From the NCBI GenBank assembly GCA_030390025.1, contig CM059432.1:85128001-85192000 (forward strand): a stretch of 64,000 nucleotides of DNA. The letters are read 5' to 3'. The translations under genes were made by a program, and so were the position numbers. The notes under the pieces were generated by a model. That model ran no database searches and had not been told where the DNA came from. It was given only the letters and a program-made list of their open reading frames with translations. This document shows positions 23,220-36,342 of this stretch, piece after piece. The stretch's first letter is position 1; the number at the start of each line of letters is the position of its first letter. Source of the stretch: Squalus acanthias. Its lineage: Eukaryota.

Positions 23220-23510
23220 AAGGTTAGCATTTCAGGTCTAATGACCCTTTTTTACAATACCAGCAGATGTTACAGATGAACAGCTTATAAGAAGAAACAG
23301 AGCAAGGGGAAACAGGGAAGAGAAATAATATAACCACATACACAAGAAAAAAAGAATGATCTGTAAAGTTATTAGGTGGATAACAAATGATTAAATGATA
23401 GAATTTAATAGCTTAAGACAAAAGGAGACATGAGTGATGCTGCCTAACCTGCTGTATTTCTAGTGTTTTGTTTTTATTTCAGATTTTCAGTCTCTGTAGT
23501 ACTTTTTCTA
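23220..23510. mobile_element. Old Penelope-like pLTR remnants (similar remnant at about 33400-33510)
   Basis: GATGCTGCCTAACCTGCTG..TTTTTATTTCAGATTT and an inverted TTTCAGGTC..GACCCTT motif; recognised from memory of shark repeats. Confidence 0.35.
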
Positions 23511-23537
23511 ACCTTACTAAAATGTCTGACTTTCAAT

Positions 23538-24930
23538 AACAACAACTTGAATTTATATAGCGCCTTGAAGGTAGAAAAATGTCCCAAGGAGCTTCACAGA
23601 AGCCTTATCGGGCAAACTCTAACACCGAGCCACGTAAGGAGATACTAAGACAGGTGAGCAAAGCTTGGTCAAAGAGATAGGTTTTAAGTTGCACCTTAAA
23701 GGAAGAGAGAGGTAGAGCTGCAGATAGGTTTAGGGAGGGAATCCCAGTGCTTGGGGCCTAGACAGTTGAAGACACGGCTGGCATTGATGGGTCAAAGGAA
23801 ATTGGGGCTGCACAAGATGCCAGAATTGGAGGAATGCAGAGTTCTTGGAGTGTTGTAGGGCTGGAGGAGGTTCCAGAGATAGGGAGGGTTGTAGGGCTGG
23901 AGGAGGTTATAGAGATAGGGAGGGTTGTAGGGCTGGAGGAGGTTCCAGAGATAGGGAGTGTTGTAGGGCTGGAGGAGGTTCCAGAGATAGGGAGTGTTGT
24001 AGGGCTGGAGGAGGTTCCAGAGATAGGGAGTGTTGTAGGGCTGGAGGAGGTTCCAGAGATAGGGAGTGTTGTAGGGCTGGAGGAGGTTCCAGAGATAGGG
24101 AGTGTTGTAGGGCTGGAGGAGGTTCCAGAGATAGGGAGTGTTGTAGGGCTGGAGGAGGTTCCAGAGATAGGGAGGGTTGTAGGGCTGGAGGAGGTTCCAG
24201 AGATAGGGAGGGTTGTAGGGCTGGAGGAGGTTCAGAGATAGGGAGGGGCGAGGCCATGGAGGAGGTTCCAGAGATAGGGAGGGGCGAGGCCATGGAGGAG
24301 GTTCCAGAGATAGGGAGGGGCGAGGCCATGGAGGAGGTTCCAGAGATAGGGAGGGGCGAGGCCATGGAGGAGGTTCCAGAGATAGGGAGGGGCGAGGCCA
24401 TGGAGGAGGTTCCAGAGATAGGGAGGGGCGAGGCCATGGAGGAGGTTCCAGAGATAGGGAGGGGCGAGGCCATGAAGGAGGTTCCAGAGATAGGGAGGGT
24501 GGTAAGGGCTGGAGGAGGTTCCAGAGATAGGGAGGGGCGAGGCCATGGAGTAGGTTCCAGAGATGGGGAGGGAGGGGCGAGGCCATGGAGGAGGTTCCAG
24601 AGATGGGGAGGGGCGAGGCCATGGAGGGCTTTGAACACAAGAATGAGGATTTTAAATTTGAGGCACTGCTGGACTGGGAGCCAATGTAGGTCAACGAGCA
24701 CAAGGCTGATGGGTGAACGGGGCTTGGTGCAAGTTAGGAGAGTTTTGGATGAGCTCAAGTTCATGGAGGGAGATCGAAGGCCGATCAGGAGAGCATTGGA
24801 ATAGTCAATTCAGGAGGTAACAAAGGCATGGATGAGGACTTCAGCAGCAGATGGGCTGAGGCAGGAGCAAAGACACATGATATTGTGGAGATGGAAGTAG
24901 GCAGTCTTGGCGATGCAGAGGATATGGGGT
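23538..24930 (-). mobile_element. L2 LINE 3' fragment containing an expanded minisatellite
   Basis: L2 3' end at 23538; LHWLPVQQCLKFKILILVFKALHGLAPP. Confidence 0.85.
23847..24628. repeat. 36-bp minisatellite, about 22 units of two types
   Basis: 11 x GGGAG(T/G)GTTGTAGGGCTGGAGGAGGTTCCAGAGATA, then 7 x GGGAGGGGCGAGGCCATGGAGGAGGTTCCAGAGATA, then mixed units. Confidence 0.95.
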
Positions 24931-24934
24931 CCGA

Positions 24935-27900
24935 ACCAATCGAATAAAGGGCTGCCATTGAAGAGGAGATGGCTCAGGTACAGTCAAGGTACATTCCCAC
25001 AAGGGGGAAAGGTAGGGCAACCAAAGTCAGAGCTCCTTGGATGATGAAAGAGATAGAGAGTAAGATGAAGCAGAAAAAGGGGGCGTATAACAGATGTCAG
25101 GTTGAGAATACAAGTGAGAACCAGGCTGAATATAGAAAGTTCAGAGGGGAAGTGAAAAAAGAAATGAGGGGCTAAGAGAGAGTATGAGAATAGATTGGCA
25201 GGTAACATAAAAGGGAATCCAAAAGTCTTCTATCAGCATATAAATAGTAAACAGGTAGTAAGAGGAAGGGTGGGGCCGATTAGGGACCAAAAAGGAAACC
25301 TATGCATGGAGGCAGAGGGCATGGCTGAAGTACTAAATAAGTACTTTGCATCTGTCTTCACCAAGGAAGAAGATGCTGCCAAAGTCATAGTGAAAGATGA
25401 AGTAGTTGAGATACTGGATGGGATAAAAATTGATAAAGAGGAGGTACTAGAAAGGCTGGCTGTATTTAAAGTAGATAAGTCACCAGGACTAGATGGGATG
25501 AAACATAGAAACATAGAAGATAGGAGCAGGAGTAGGCCATTCGGCCCCTCGAGCCTGCTCTGCCATTTAATGAGATCATGCCTGATCATCCAAATTCAGT
25601 CCCCTGTCCCTGCCTTCTCCCCATATCCCTTGATCCCTTTAGCCTTAAGAAATATATCTAACTCCTTCTTGAATATATTTAATGAATTGGTCTCAACTGC
25701 CTTCTGTGGTAGAGAATTCCACAGGTTCACCACTCTCTGGGTGAAGAAATTCCTCCTCATCTCAGTCCTAAATGGCTTACCCCTTATCCTTAGACTGTGA
25801 CCCCTGGTTCTGGACTCACCCGCCATCGGGAACATCCTTCCTGCATCTAGTCTGTCTAGTCCTGTTATATTTTATAAGTTTCAATGAGATCCCCTCTCAT
25901 TCTTCTAAACTCGAGTGAATTCAAGCCCAATCGTCCCAATCTCTCTTCATACGTCATTCCTGCCATCCCAGGTATCAGTCTGGTGAATTTTCGCTGCACT
26001 CCCTCCATGGCAAGAACATCTTTCTTCAGATAAGGCGACCAAAACTGCACACAATACTCAAGGTGTGGTCTCACCAAGGCCCTGTACAACTGCAGCAAGA
26101 CATCCTTGCTCCTGTACTCGAATCCTCTCGCTATGAAGGCCAACATACCATTTGCCTTCTTAACCGCCTGCTGCACCTGCATGCTTACCTTCAACGACTG
26201 GTGCACAAGGACTCCCAGGTCTCGTTGCACTTCCCCTTTTCCCAATCTATTGCCATTCAGATAATAATCTGTCTTCCTGTTTTTGCCACCAAAGTGGATA
26301 ACCTCGCATTTATCCACATTATACTGCATCTGCCATGCATCTGCCCAATCACCCAACTTGTCCAAATCATACTGGAGTTTCTCTGCATCCTCCTCACAAC
26401 ACACATGCCCACCCAACTTTGTGTCGTCTGCAAACTTGGAGATATTACATCTAGTTCCCTTGTCTAGATCATTAATATATATTGTGAATAACTGGGGTCC
26501 TAGCACCGATCCCTGCGGTACCCCACTAGTCACTGCCTGCCACTCGGAAAAAGACCCGTTTATTCCAACTCTTTGCTTCCTGTCTGCCAACCAGTTCTCT
26601 ATCCAAGTCAGTACCTTGCCCCCAATCCCATGTGCCTTAACTTTACACGCTAATCTCTTATGCGGGACCTTATCAAAACCTTCTGAAAGTCCAAATACAC
26701 CACATCCACTGGTTCTCCCTTATCTATCCTATCAGTTACATCCTCAAAAAATTCTAGTAGATTAGTCAAGCATGATTTACATTTTGTAAATCCATGTTGA
26801 CTTTGTCCGATCCTGTCACTGTTTTCCAAGTGCTCTGCTATTACATCTTTTACAATGGACTCTAGCAATTTCCCCACTACCAATGTCAGGCTTACCGGTC
26901 TATAATTCCCCGTTTTCTCTCTACCACATTTTTTAAATAGTGGGGTTACATTAGATACCCTCCAATCCATGGAAACTATTCCAGAGTCTATAGAATTTTG
27001 GAAGATGACCAGCAATGCATCTACTATTTCTAGGACCACTTCCTTAAGTACCCTAGGATGTAGATTATCAGGCCCTGGGGATTTATCGGCCTTCAATCCC
27101 GTCAATTTCGCTAACACCATTTCCCTACAAATACTGATTTCATTCAGTTCTTCCCTCTCATTAGACCCTGTGCTCCCCGACATCTCTGGGAGGTTATTTG
27201 TGTCCTCCTTTGTGAAGACAGAACCAAAGTATGTATTTAATTGGTCAGCCATTTCTTTGTTCCCCATTATAAATTCCCCTGATTCTGACTGCAAGGGACC
27301 TATGCTTGACTTCACCAATCTTTTTCTCTTCACATATCTATAGAAGCTTTTACAGTCAGTTTTTATGTTCCCTGCAAGCTTACTCTCATACTCTATTTTC
27401 CCCCTCTTAATTAATCCCTTTGTCCTCCTTTGCTGAATCCTATACTGCTCCCTATCCTCAGGTTTGCTGCTTTTTCTGGCCAATTTATATGTCCTCTCCT
27501 TGGATCTTATGCTATCCCTAATTTCCCTTGTTAGCCACGGTTGAGTCACCTTTTTTGTTTTATTTTTATGCCAAACAGGGATGAACAAATTCTGTAGTTC
27601 ATCCATGCGATCTTTAAATGTTTGCCATTGCCTATCCACCGTCAACCTCTTAAGTAACTTTTCCCAATCCATCCTAGGTTGGATGCATCCTTGGATGCTG
27701 AAGGAAGTAAAGGTGAAAATTGCGAGGTACTGGCCATAATCTTCCAATCCTCCTTAGATATGAGGGTGGTGTCAGAGGACTGGGGAATTGCAAATGTTAC
27801 ACCCTTGTTCAAAAAAGGGAGTAAGGATAAACCCAGCAACTACAGGTCAGTCAGTTTAACCTCAGTGGTGGGGAAGCTTTTAGAAATGATAATCTGGAAC

Positions 27901-28355
27901 AAAATTCACAGTCACTCGGACTAGCATGGATTAATTAAGGAAAGCCAGCACGGATTTGTTAAAGGCAAATCGTGTTTAACTAATTTGACTGAGTATTTTG
28001 ATGAGGTAACAGGGAGGGTTGATGAGGGCAGTACGGTGATGTGGTGTACATGGACTTCCAAAAGGCGTTTGATAAAGTGCTATATAATAGGCTTGCCAGA
28101 AAAGTTGAAGCCCATGAAATAAAAGGGACAATGGCAGCATGGATACGAAATTGGTTAAGTGACAGGCAACAGAGTTGTTTTTTGACTGGAGGAAGGTACA
28201 CAGTGGTGTTCCCCAGGGGTCAGTACGAGGACCACTGCTTTTCTTGATATATATTAATGACTTGGACTTGGGTGTACAGGGCACAATTCCAAAATTTGCA
28301 GATGTCACAAAACTTGGAAGTATAGTGAACAGTGAGGAGGATAGTGATAGACTTC
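24935..28355 (+). mobile_element. CR1 fragment split by an antisense CR1 (25501-27677)
   Basis: ..KVDKSPGLDGM at 25500 resumes as GGATGCATCC.. at about 27680. Confidence 0.8.
25501..27677 (-). mobile_element. CR1 LINE, 5'-truncated, near-intact RT in 2-3 frames
   Basis: ORFs 26650-27747, 25865-26590, 25596-25835 with QHGF, PQGSVLGP, FADD; microsatellite tail at 25501. Confidence 0.92.
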
Positions 28356-28359
28356 AATT

Positions 28360-29605
28360 GGAATCTAATTGAATTTTTTGATGAAGTAACAGGGAGGATT
28401 GATGAAGGGAATGTAATGGATGTTGTCTACATGCATTTTAGGAACGTGTTTGACAAAGTAGCACATAGAAGGCTGATTAACAACATTGAGGCTTACGGAA
28501 TAGGTGGGTCAGTGGCAGCTTTGATAAGGAATTGGCTTAAGGACAGAAAACAGTGAGTTGTGGTAAATGGCTGTTTTTCAGACTGGAGGATGGTAGACAG
28601 TGGTGTTCCCCAAGGGTCAGTGCTGGGGCCACTGCTTTTTTTGATATATATAAATGACCTGGATATTGGAATACAGAGTAGAATTTCTAAATTTGCCGAT
28701 GACACCAAACTTGGGGGTGTGGCAAACAGTGAGGATGATACCAATCGACTGCAACAGCACATAGAAAGGCTAGCAGAATGGGCAGACAAGTGGCAGATGG
28801 AATTTAATACAGAGAAGTGTGAGGTAATGCATTTTGGCAGAAGGAACAGAGAAAGGCAATATACACTTAATGGCACAGTTTTAAAGAGTGTGCAGGAACA
28901 GAGGGACCTGGGAGTTAATGTGCATAGGTCCCTGAAGGTAGCAGGACATATTGAGAGAGTGGTTAGCAAAGCATATGGGATCTTGGGTTTCATAAATAGA
29001 GGTATTGAGTACAAAAGTAGAGAAGTTATGCTGAACCTTTATAAAGCGCTGGTTAGGCCACAACTGGAGTATTGCGTCCATTTCTGGTCACCACACTTTA
29101 GGAAGGATGTGAAGGCCTTGAGAGGGTGCAGAGGAGATTTACCAGAATGGTTCTGGGGATGGGGATCTTAGCTACAAGGACAGGTTGGAGAAGCTGGATT
29201 TGATTTCATTGGAGCAAAGGAGGTTGAGGGGTGATTTGATAGAGGTGTACAAGATTATGACGGGTTTGGATAGGCTAGACGGGGAAAGGCTGTTCCCACT
29301 AGTTGATGGTACAAGGACTAGGGGACACAGATTTAAGGTTTTGGGCAAGAGATGTAGGGGTGGGGTGTGAGGAAAAACTTTTTTAGGCAGCGAGTGGTGA
29401 GGACCTGGAACTCGCTGCCAACGGAAGTGGTGGAAGCAGAAACACTCAATGTTTTCAAGGGGAGACTGGATAGGCACTTAAGGGAAATAAACTTGCAGGG
29501 CTACAGGGATAGGGCGGGAGAATGGGACTGACTGGATTGCTCTACAGAGCGCAGGCACAGACTCAATGGGCCGAATGGCCTCCTTCTGTGCCGTTATGAC
29601 TCTAT
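28360..29605 (+). mobile_element. CR1 LINE 3' portion
   Basis: GVPQGSVLGPLLF, KFADDTK, RPQLEYC; tail TATGACTCTAT. Confidence 0.9.
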
Positions 29606-30498
29606 GGGGGAAAAATTCGGTTGGTTGCGCCTCCCGTTAGCGCCTTAAGAGGGCGCTAATGGGGCGCAAAGCAACTAGCGCCCGGGCGCGGCGATGTTTG
29701 CGCCGCTCGCAAAATTAACTAGACATTTTGCGATGGCACTAAACAGTACCTCCACGATCTCCTGCGCTGGCAGATCGTGACGGCAGTTGAGTGCGCAACG
29801 CCCCGGTAGCGCCCCTGAGCGGATATTGAGTGGCGCCCCCTGCCTTACCGCCTGCCGCTAGCAACGACAGGTTGAGGAGAGCGTTTTGCAGTCAGGAAGG
29901 GACTGGGGGAGCGCTATTTAAAGGCGACCGCTTCCTGCCTTTTTTTGTTGACGACATTTTTGAACCACGCATTCTGAGAGAGAGAGAGAGAGACTTCTGG
30001 AGAGATTCAACGCTGTGTGAAGGAGTTTTGGGTACTGAGCAGCACTTTGCAGGTTCATTTTGATTTGCCCTTCCTTGTATCGATTTAGAAGAGACTGTTG
30101 GGGCTGCACTCTGAGCTCTTTCCCTGGGCCTCTCCATTGTTATTTCCAGCAGATTTGATTTACAGGTCTCCCCAGGCCGAGATTCAAGGCTGCAATAAGC
30201 AGGATGTGGATGGAAAGCAAGATTAACCCTCCCCTTTAAGAACTGGCCGGCGCCATTGTGTCTGTGCTCCATTGCTGACTGACATCACATGAGCTTCGCC
30301 AGCGCTCTGAGTTAGCGCCTCGCTCCTCGGCCTTTGCGCCTTAAGACAGATGTGTAGCGCCTGATTTAGTGCTCCAATCACCTCCAGGGGCGATAAAAGT
30401 CAAGTTTGCAGTCGGAGGTGATAATTAGCGGCAGGCGCTAATCTTTGCGCCCGGCCGATAATTGCGCCCCAAACGGGGCGATACTGAATTTTTCCCCC
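29606..30498 (+). mobile_element. Non-autonomous Harbinger (MITE), copy 1
   Basis: TIR GGGGGAAAAATTCGGT / ACTGAATTTTTCCCCC; flanks TAT/TAA; highly similar to 43193-44090. Confidence 0.9.
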
Positions 30499-30509
30499 TA
30501 ATACTCTAT

Positions 30510-31338
30510 GGGCTGGATTTTGTAATGGGGAGCTTTTGGAGGTGGGACTCCCTCTTGGCAGGTTTCAGTCCTGCCTCCATCAACTTCTGGCCAACCCACG
30601 CTTTTCCCTTGATTGACCTTGTTAAGCCCGCCCAGCGGGTTTAGCAGGCCAATTAAGGGAAAGCCGGTTACAGAGAACGTCAATGTATGACGTTTCATCT
30701 GTCAAAAATGTTTGACAGATGAATTGTCATCGTTTGACAGCTCTGTGAAGCTGTCAAACACTGACATTCTCTGTTGTTTGATGAGTTCTTGAATACAAGA
30801 ACTCATCAAACCTCTTTCTTTTGCAGAAATTAGATGGTTGTTGCATTGGAGAATGCAACGGCCATCTGTCATCTCTGCCGCGGAGGTGCAAGACTCTCCG
30901 CATACCCAACTCTTGAAGCCTGCAGGAAGAAACAAAGGTAAGTAAACTTTTTCTATCACTTTCCATTTACCTAACATACTTACCTCTCCACACTTGCACC
31001 CATCACTTACCTTCACAGCGCACTTTTGCACCCCTCCAACCCCCGCAGACCCACTACTCGGGCGGGGTTCGGAGCCTTCGGGAAGCCCGCACTTGTGGGT
31101 AAAATGGGGATAATCCTCTTATCTGCCTGTTAACTACCTGTTAACATGCGGGTAAGTGGTACTAATCCCCTTCCCGCCTCCAAGGAGACGGGACCCGGCG
31201 CGGGTCGGCTACCCGCCTCCTGGCAAGATGGCACGGAGGCGGGTTGGGGGCGGGTTGGGCACCCGCCCCCAGATTCTGCCATTTTCCCGGCAGTCCCGCT
31301 TCCATACCCGCCTCCCCAGGGCTGGTAAGATCATGCCC
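30510..31338. mobile_element. Non-autonomous Harbinger of a second TIR family
   Basis: GGGCTGGATTTT...AAGATCATGCCC with TAT TSD on both sides. Confidence 0.7.
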
Positions 31339-31351
31339 TATGAATCTATGA

Positions 31352-32200
31352 GGACATAGATAGGCTGGTGGAATGGGCGGACACGTGGCAGATTAAATTT
31401 AACGCAGAAAAGTGTGAAGTGATACATTTGGTAGGAAGAACGTGGAGAGGCAATATAAACTAAAGGGTACAATTCTAAAGCAGCTGCATGAACAGAGAGA
31501 CCTGGGGTATATGTGCACAAATCGTTGAAGGTGGTAGGGCAGGTTGAGAAAGCGGTTAAGAAAGCATACGGGATCCTGGGGTTCATAAATAGAGGCATAG
31601 AGTACAAAAGCAAGGAAGTTATGATGAACTTTTATAAAACACTGGTCTGACCTCAACTGAAGTATTGTGTCCAATTCTGGGCACTGCACTTTAGGAAGGA
31701 TGTGAAGGCCTTAGAGAGGGTGCAGAAAAGATTTACAGGAATGGTTCCAGGGATGAGGGACTTCAGTTACGTGGATAGACTTGAGAAACTGGCATTGTTC
31801 TCTTTAGAGTAGAGAAGGTTGAGAGGAAATTTGATAGACGTGTTCAAAATCATGAGAGGTCTAGACAGAGTGGAGAGAAACGTTTCCCATTAGCGGAAGG
31901 GTCAAGAACGAGAGGACACAGATTTAAGGTGATTGGCAGAAGAATCAAAGGCGACATGAGAAAAAAAAACTTTGCGCAGCGAATGTTTAGGATCTGGAAT
32001 GCAATGCCTGAAAGGGTGGTGGACGCAGACTCAATCACTGCTTTGAAAAGGGAATTGGTTAAGTAGCTGAAGGAAAAAAATTTGCAGGGCTACGGGAAAA
32101 GGGTGGGGGAGTGGGACTAGCTGAAGTGCTCTTGCAGAGAGCTGGCACAGGCTCAACGTGCCGAATGGCCTCCTTCTGTGCTGTAACCATTGATTCTATG
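31352..32200 (+). mobile_element. CR1 LINE 3' portion
   Basis: Similar to 28760-29600; tail GATTCTATG. Confidence 0.85.
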
Positions 32201-33390
32201 AAGCTCAGCTCAGGGTCAAATATTATGCCAAGGTTGCGAACAGTCTGGTTCAGACTGAGACAGTGGCCAGAGAGGGGGATGGATTTGATGGCTCGGGAAC
32301 AGAGTTTGTGCTGGGGCCGCTGACAATAGCTTTTTTCAACATTTAATTGGAAGAAATTTCTGCTCATCCAATACTGGATGTCGGACAAGCACTGACAAAT
32401 CATAGGCAGTGTAGGGGTCGAGAGAATTGGTAGTGAGGTAGAGCTGGGTGTCGTCAGTGTACATGTGGAACCTGACCTTATGCTTTCGGATGACATCGTC
32501 GAGGGGCAGCATGTAGATGAGAATGAGAAACAGAAGGGGGCCAAGAATGAATCCTTGGGAGACTGCAGAGGTAACGATGTGAGAGTGGGAAGAGAAACCA
32601 TTGCAGGAGATTTTCTCGCTACAACTGGATAGATAAGAATGGAACTAGGCAAGGCAGTCCCACTCAGCTGGATATTGAGGATGGTGTGGTCACCTGTGTC
32701 AAAGGCTGCAGACAGGTGGAGAAGGATGAGGAAGTATAGTGCACCATGATCACAGTCACATAGAATGTGACTTTAATAAGGGTCGTTTCAGTGATGTGGT
32801 GGGGCGGAAATGTGATTAGAGAGGTTCAAACATGGAGTTGTGGGAACGGTGGGCACGGATTTGGGAGCTGACAACACGTTCAGGGATCTTGGAGAGGAAA
32901 GGGAGATTGCGGATGGGGCGGTAGGTTGTAAGGAGAATAGGGCCAACGGTCGGTTTTTCGAGGAAGGTTATACTGACGGCAGATTTGAAGAGGAAATGGA
33001 CAGTACCATAGGAGAGGGAACTGTTTACAAAATCAGCTAGTATGGGGGCCAGGAGGGAAATTGTGTAGTCAGAAATTTAGTGGGAATACGGTTGAGAGAG
33101 GAGAAGGTTGGTCTCATGGACAAGATCTTGGAGAGCGCGTGATGGGAGATAGGAGAGAAACTAGAGAAAGATATAGGTTCAGGGCTAGGTCAGAAGGGGA
33201 CCTTGGGGAAGCTTGGCTTTGTGGGCAAGATGAAGGGAGGGATGCGGAAGAGGCAACTGAGCGGATGGTCTCAATCTTAGTGACAAAGAAGTCCATGAGC
33301 TGCTAGAACTTGTTGTTGGAAATGAGGGTGTAGTGGGTGGGTGTAGGGGTTTAAGAATACGTTTCATAGTGGAGAAGAGAAGTTATGGTG
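32201..33390 (-). mobile_element. L2 LINE fragment
   Basis: CLSDIQYWMSRNFFQLN, VRNLGIIFDPELSF, MDFFVTKIETIR. Confidence 0.8.
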
Positions 33391-33906
33391 AAGGGTACAT
33401 ACCCGAAATGTCATAAACTGTCTTTTCTCTTTACAGAGGCAGAATGACCAACTTGGTTCTTCCAGCATTTTCTGGTTTTATTTCAGTCTTCCAGTGCAGT
33501 TTTTCCTTTTTATTTTAATGAAGCCCTATTTTTACAATAGCATCTAACCAGCACTTCTGTATTCTTAACCACAAGGTTACAGTTATAAAATCTTCCCTTT
33601 GCACTTATTTAAGAAGAGTCTTTGTAGCTTAGCTTCTAATGTGATTCTGCCAATAGTAGGGGAACTTGTTTCTAATTTTATTTGTATTTAGCACTAAAGG
33701 ATCAAACATTTAAGCTGCTGCAGAATTTCCAAAGACTTGACTCTAGGGATCTTACAGTACTGATTAGTGCTGAAAACTGGTTTACTGCTTTGATTAATCC
33801 AAATGCTACGCATTATCCATGTGATCCCATATTAGACATCTGTGTAATCATAATGAGAGTTTTGAGGGTGTAATGTTTAGGGAAAGGTCAATGTTTTAAC
33901 TATATA

Positions 33907-35775
33907 TAAGAACATAAGAATTAGGAGCAGGAGTAGGCCATATGGCCCTTCGAGCCTGCTCCGCCATTCAATAAGATCATGGCTGATCTTCGGCCTCAAC
34001 TCCACTTTACCGTCCGATCCCCACATCCCTTGATTCCCCTAGAGTCCAAAAATCTATCTATCTCAGCTGTGAATATACTCAATGAATCCGCATCCTCAGC
34101 CCTTTGAAGTAGAGAATTCCAAAGATTCACAACCATCTGAGTGAAGAAATTCCTCCTCATCTCAGTCTTAAATGGCTGACACCTTATCCTGAGACTATGC
34201 CCCCTAGTTCTAGACTCTCCAGCCAGGGGAAGCAACCTTTCAGCATCTCCCCTGGCAAACCCCCTCAGAATCTTATATGTTTCAATGAGATCACCTCTCA
34301 TTCTTCTAAACTCCGGACAGTATAGGCCCAATCTACTCAATCTCTCCTCAAAGGGCAACCCTCTCATCCCATGGATCAATCTAGTGAACCTTTGTTGCAC
34401 TCCCTCTAAGGCATGTATGTACTTTCGCAGATAAGGAGACCAAAACTGTGCACCGTACTCTAGGTGTGGTCTCACCAAAGCCCTGTACAATTGTAGTAAG
34501 ACTTCCTTACTCTTGTACTCCAACCTCCTTGCAATAAAGGCCATTTGCCTTCCTACTTGCTTGCTGTACCTGCATGCTAAATGTTTATGTTTCCTGTGTG
34601 AGGACACCTAAATCTCTCTGAACACCAACATTTAATAGTTTTTCACCATTTAAAAAATATTCTGTTTTTTTATTCTTCCTACCAAAGTGACTAGCCTCAC
34701 ATTTCCTCACATTATACTCCATCTGCGGCACCCCACTAGTTACAGCCTGCCAACTGGAATATGACCTGTTTATCCCTACTCTCTGTTTTCTGTCTGTTAA
34801 CCAATCCTCTATCCATGCTAATATATTACCCCCAACCCGATTTTGCATAGCAACCTTTTATGTGGCACCTTACCGAATGCCTTTTGGAAATCCAAATATA
34901 CTACATCCACTGGTTCCTCTTTATCTACCCTGCTAGTTACATCCTCAAAAATCTTTAATAACACGATTTTAAACACGACATCCCCTTCAGAAAACCATGC
35001 TGACTGTGCCTAATCATATTATGATTTTCTAAGTGCCCTGTTACCATTTCTTGAATAACGAATTCCAGCATTTTCCCGACGACTGATGTCAGGCTAACTG
35101 GCCTGTGGTTCCCTGTTTTCTCTCTCCCTCCTTTCTTGAATGGCAGGGTTAAATTTGCTACCTTCCAATCCGCTGGGACCATTCTAGAATCTAGGGAATT
35201 TTGGAAGATTACAACCAATGCATCCACTATCTCTGTAACCACCTCTTTTAGAACTCTAGGATGTTTGTCGGCCAGGGGATTTGTCAGCTTTTAGTCTCAA
35301 TAGTTTCTCAAGTACTTTTTCTCTACTGATATTAATTACTTTAAGTTCCTCACTCTTATTAGCTCCTTGGTTCCCCACTGTTTTTGGTATGCTTTTTGTG
35401 TCTCCTACTGTGAAGACAGATACAAAATACTTGTTTAAAGTCTCTGCCATTTCCTTATTCCCAATTATAATTTCACCTGTCTCAGCCTCTAAGGGACCAA
35501 CACTTACTTTTGCTACTCTCTTCCTTTTTGCATACTTGTAGAAGCTCATACAATCTGTTTATATATTTCTTGCCAGTTTACTCTCATTCTATTTCCTCCC
35601 TTCTTATCATTTTTTGGTCATCCTTTGCTGGTTTCTAAAGCTCACCCAATCCTCAGGCTTACTACTATTCTTTGCAACATTATAAGCCTCTTCTTTTAAT
35701 TGAATACTATCCTTAACTTCTTTAGTTAGCCATGGATGGATCATTTTCCCCGTGGAGTTTTTATTTCTCAATGTA
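33907..35775 (-). mobile_element. CR1 LINE, decayed, with internal deletion
   Basis: ORFs 33996-35549 carry CR1 RT motifs; tail at 33907. Confidence 0.9.
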
Positions 35776-36342
35776 TATAACTATAGCTTTTGAAGACACT
35801 TGGGAGACACTATGGGCTGGATTTTGAATGCCCCGTGGAGTCGGGTTTGGAGGCGTGTGGGGGGTTAAAGTAGCAGATTCGGGGTCCCGACCCCATCCAG
35901 ACTCCAACACACCTCCACGCAATTTTGACAAAATGGGTCGCGGGGTTCCCGACTCCGTCCCGCCTCCAAGAGGCGCAAAAGGCCATTAACGCTCTTAACT
36001 ATCCCTAAAGTGGCTCAGTAATGCCATTTTGAACCATTTTATATACTTTAACCCTTTTCCCACATGAAGCACACCTGATGGGAAACACTCCAGTGAAACC
36101 TGACGGGAGCACAAGTGGATTGCTGACTATCAGCTGCAGCTCAACCTTTAAATAGGAGATTTGATCAGCCATCAATTGCAGGTGGCAGGACTTTGTTGTA
36201 ACAGGTCTGGGGGAACTTTTAGAAGGCATAACCACAGCTCTGGAAGTTTGGAGCCTGACACCCATCTGCAGTGTGACCTCCTGGGAAACCCCTCTCGCCA
36301 CCCTCATTGAGGGCTTCCTCAACTGAGACATATACCAGAGGC

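Noticed and set aside
23847..24628. CRISPR-like array (constant core with variable segment) and 285-319 aa repetitive ORFs
   Set aside because: Variable parts are only ~12 bp and of two kinds, units derive from L2, there are no cas genes and the context is eukaryotic; the ORFs are by-products of a 36-bp period
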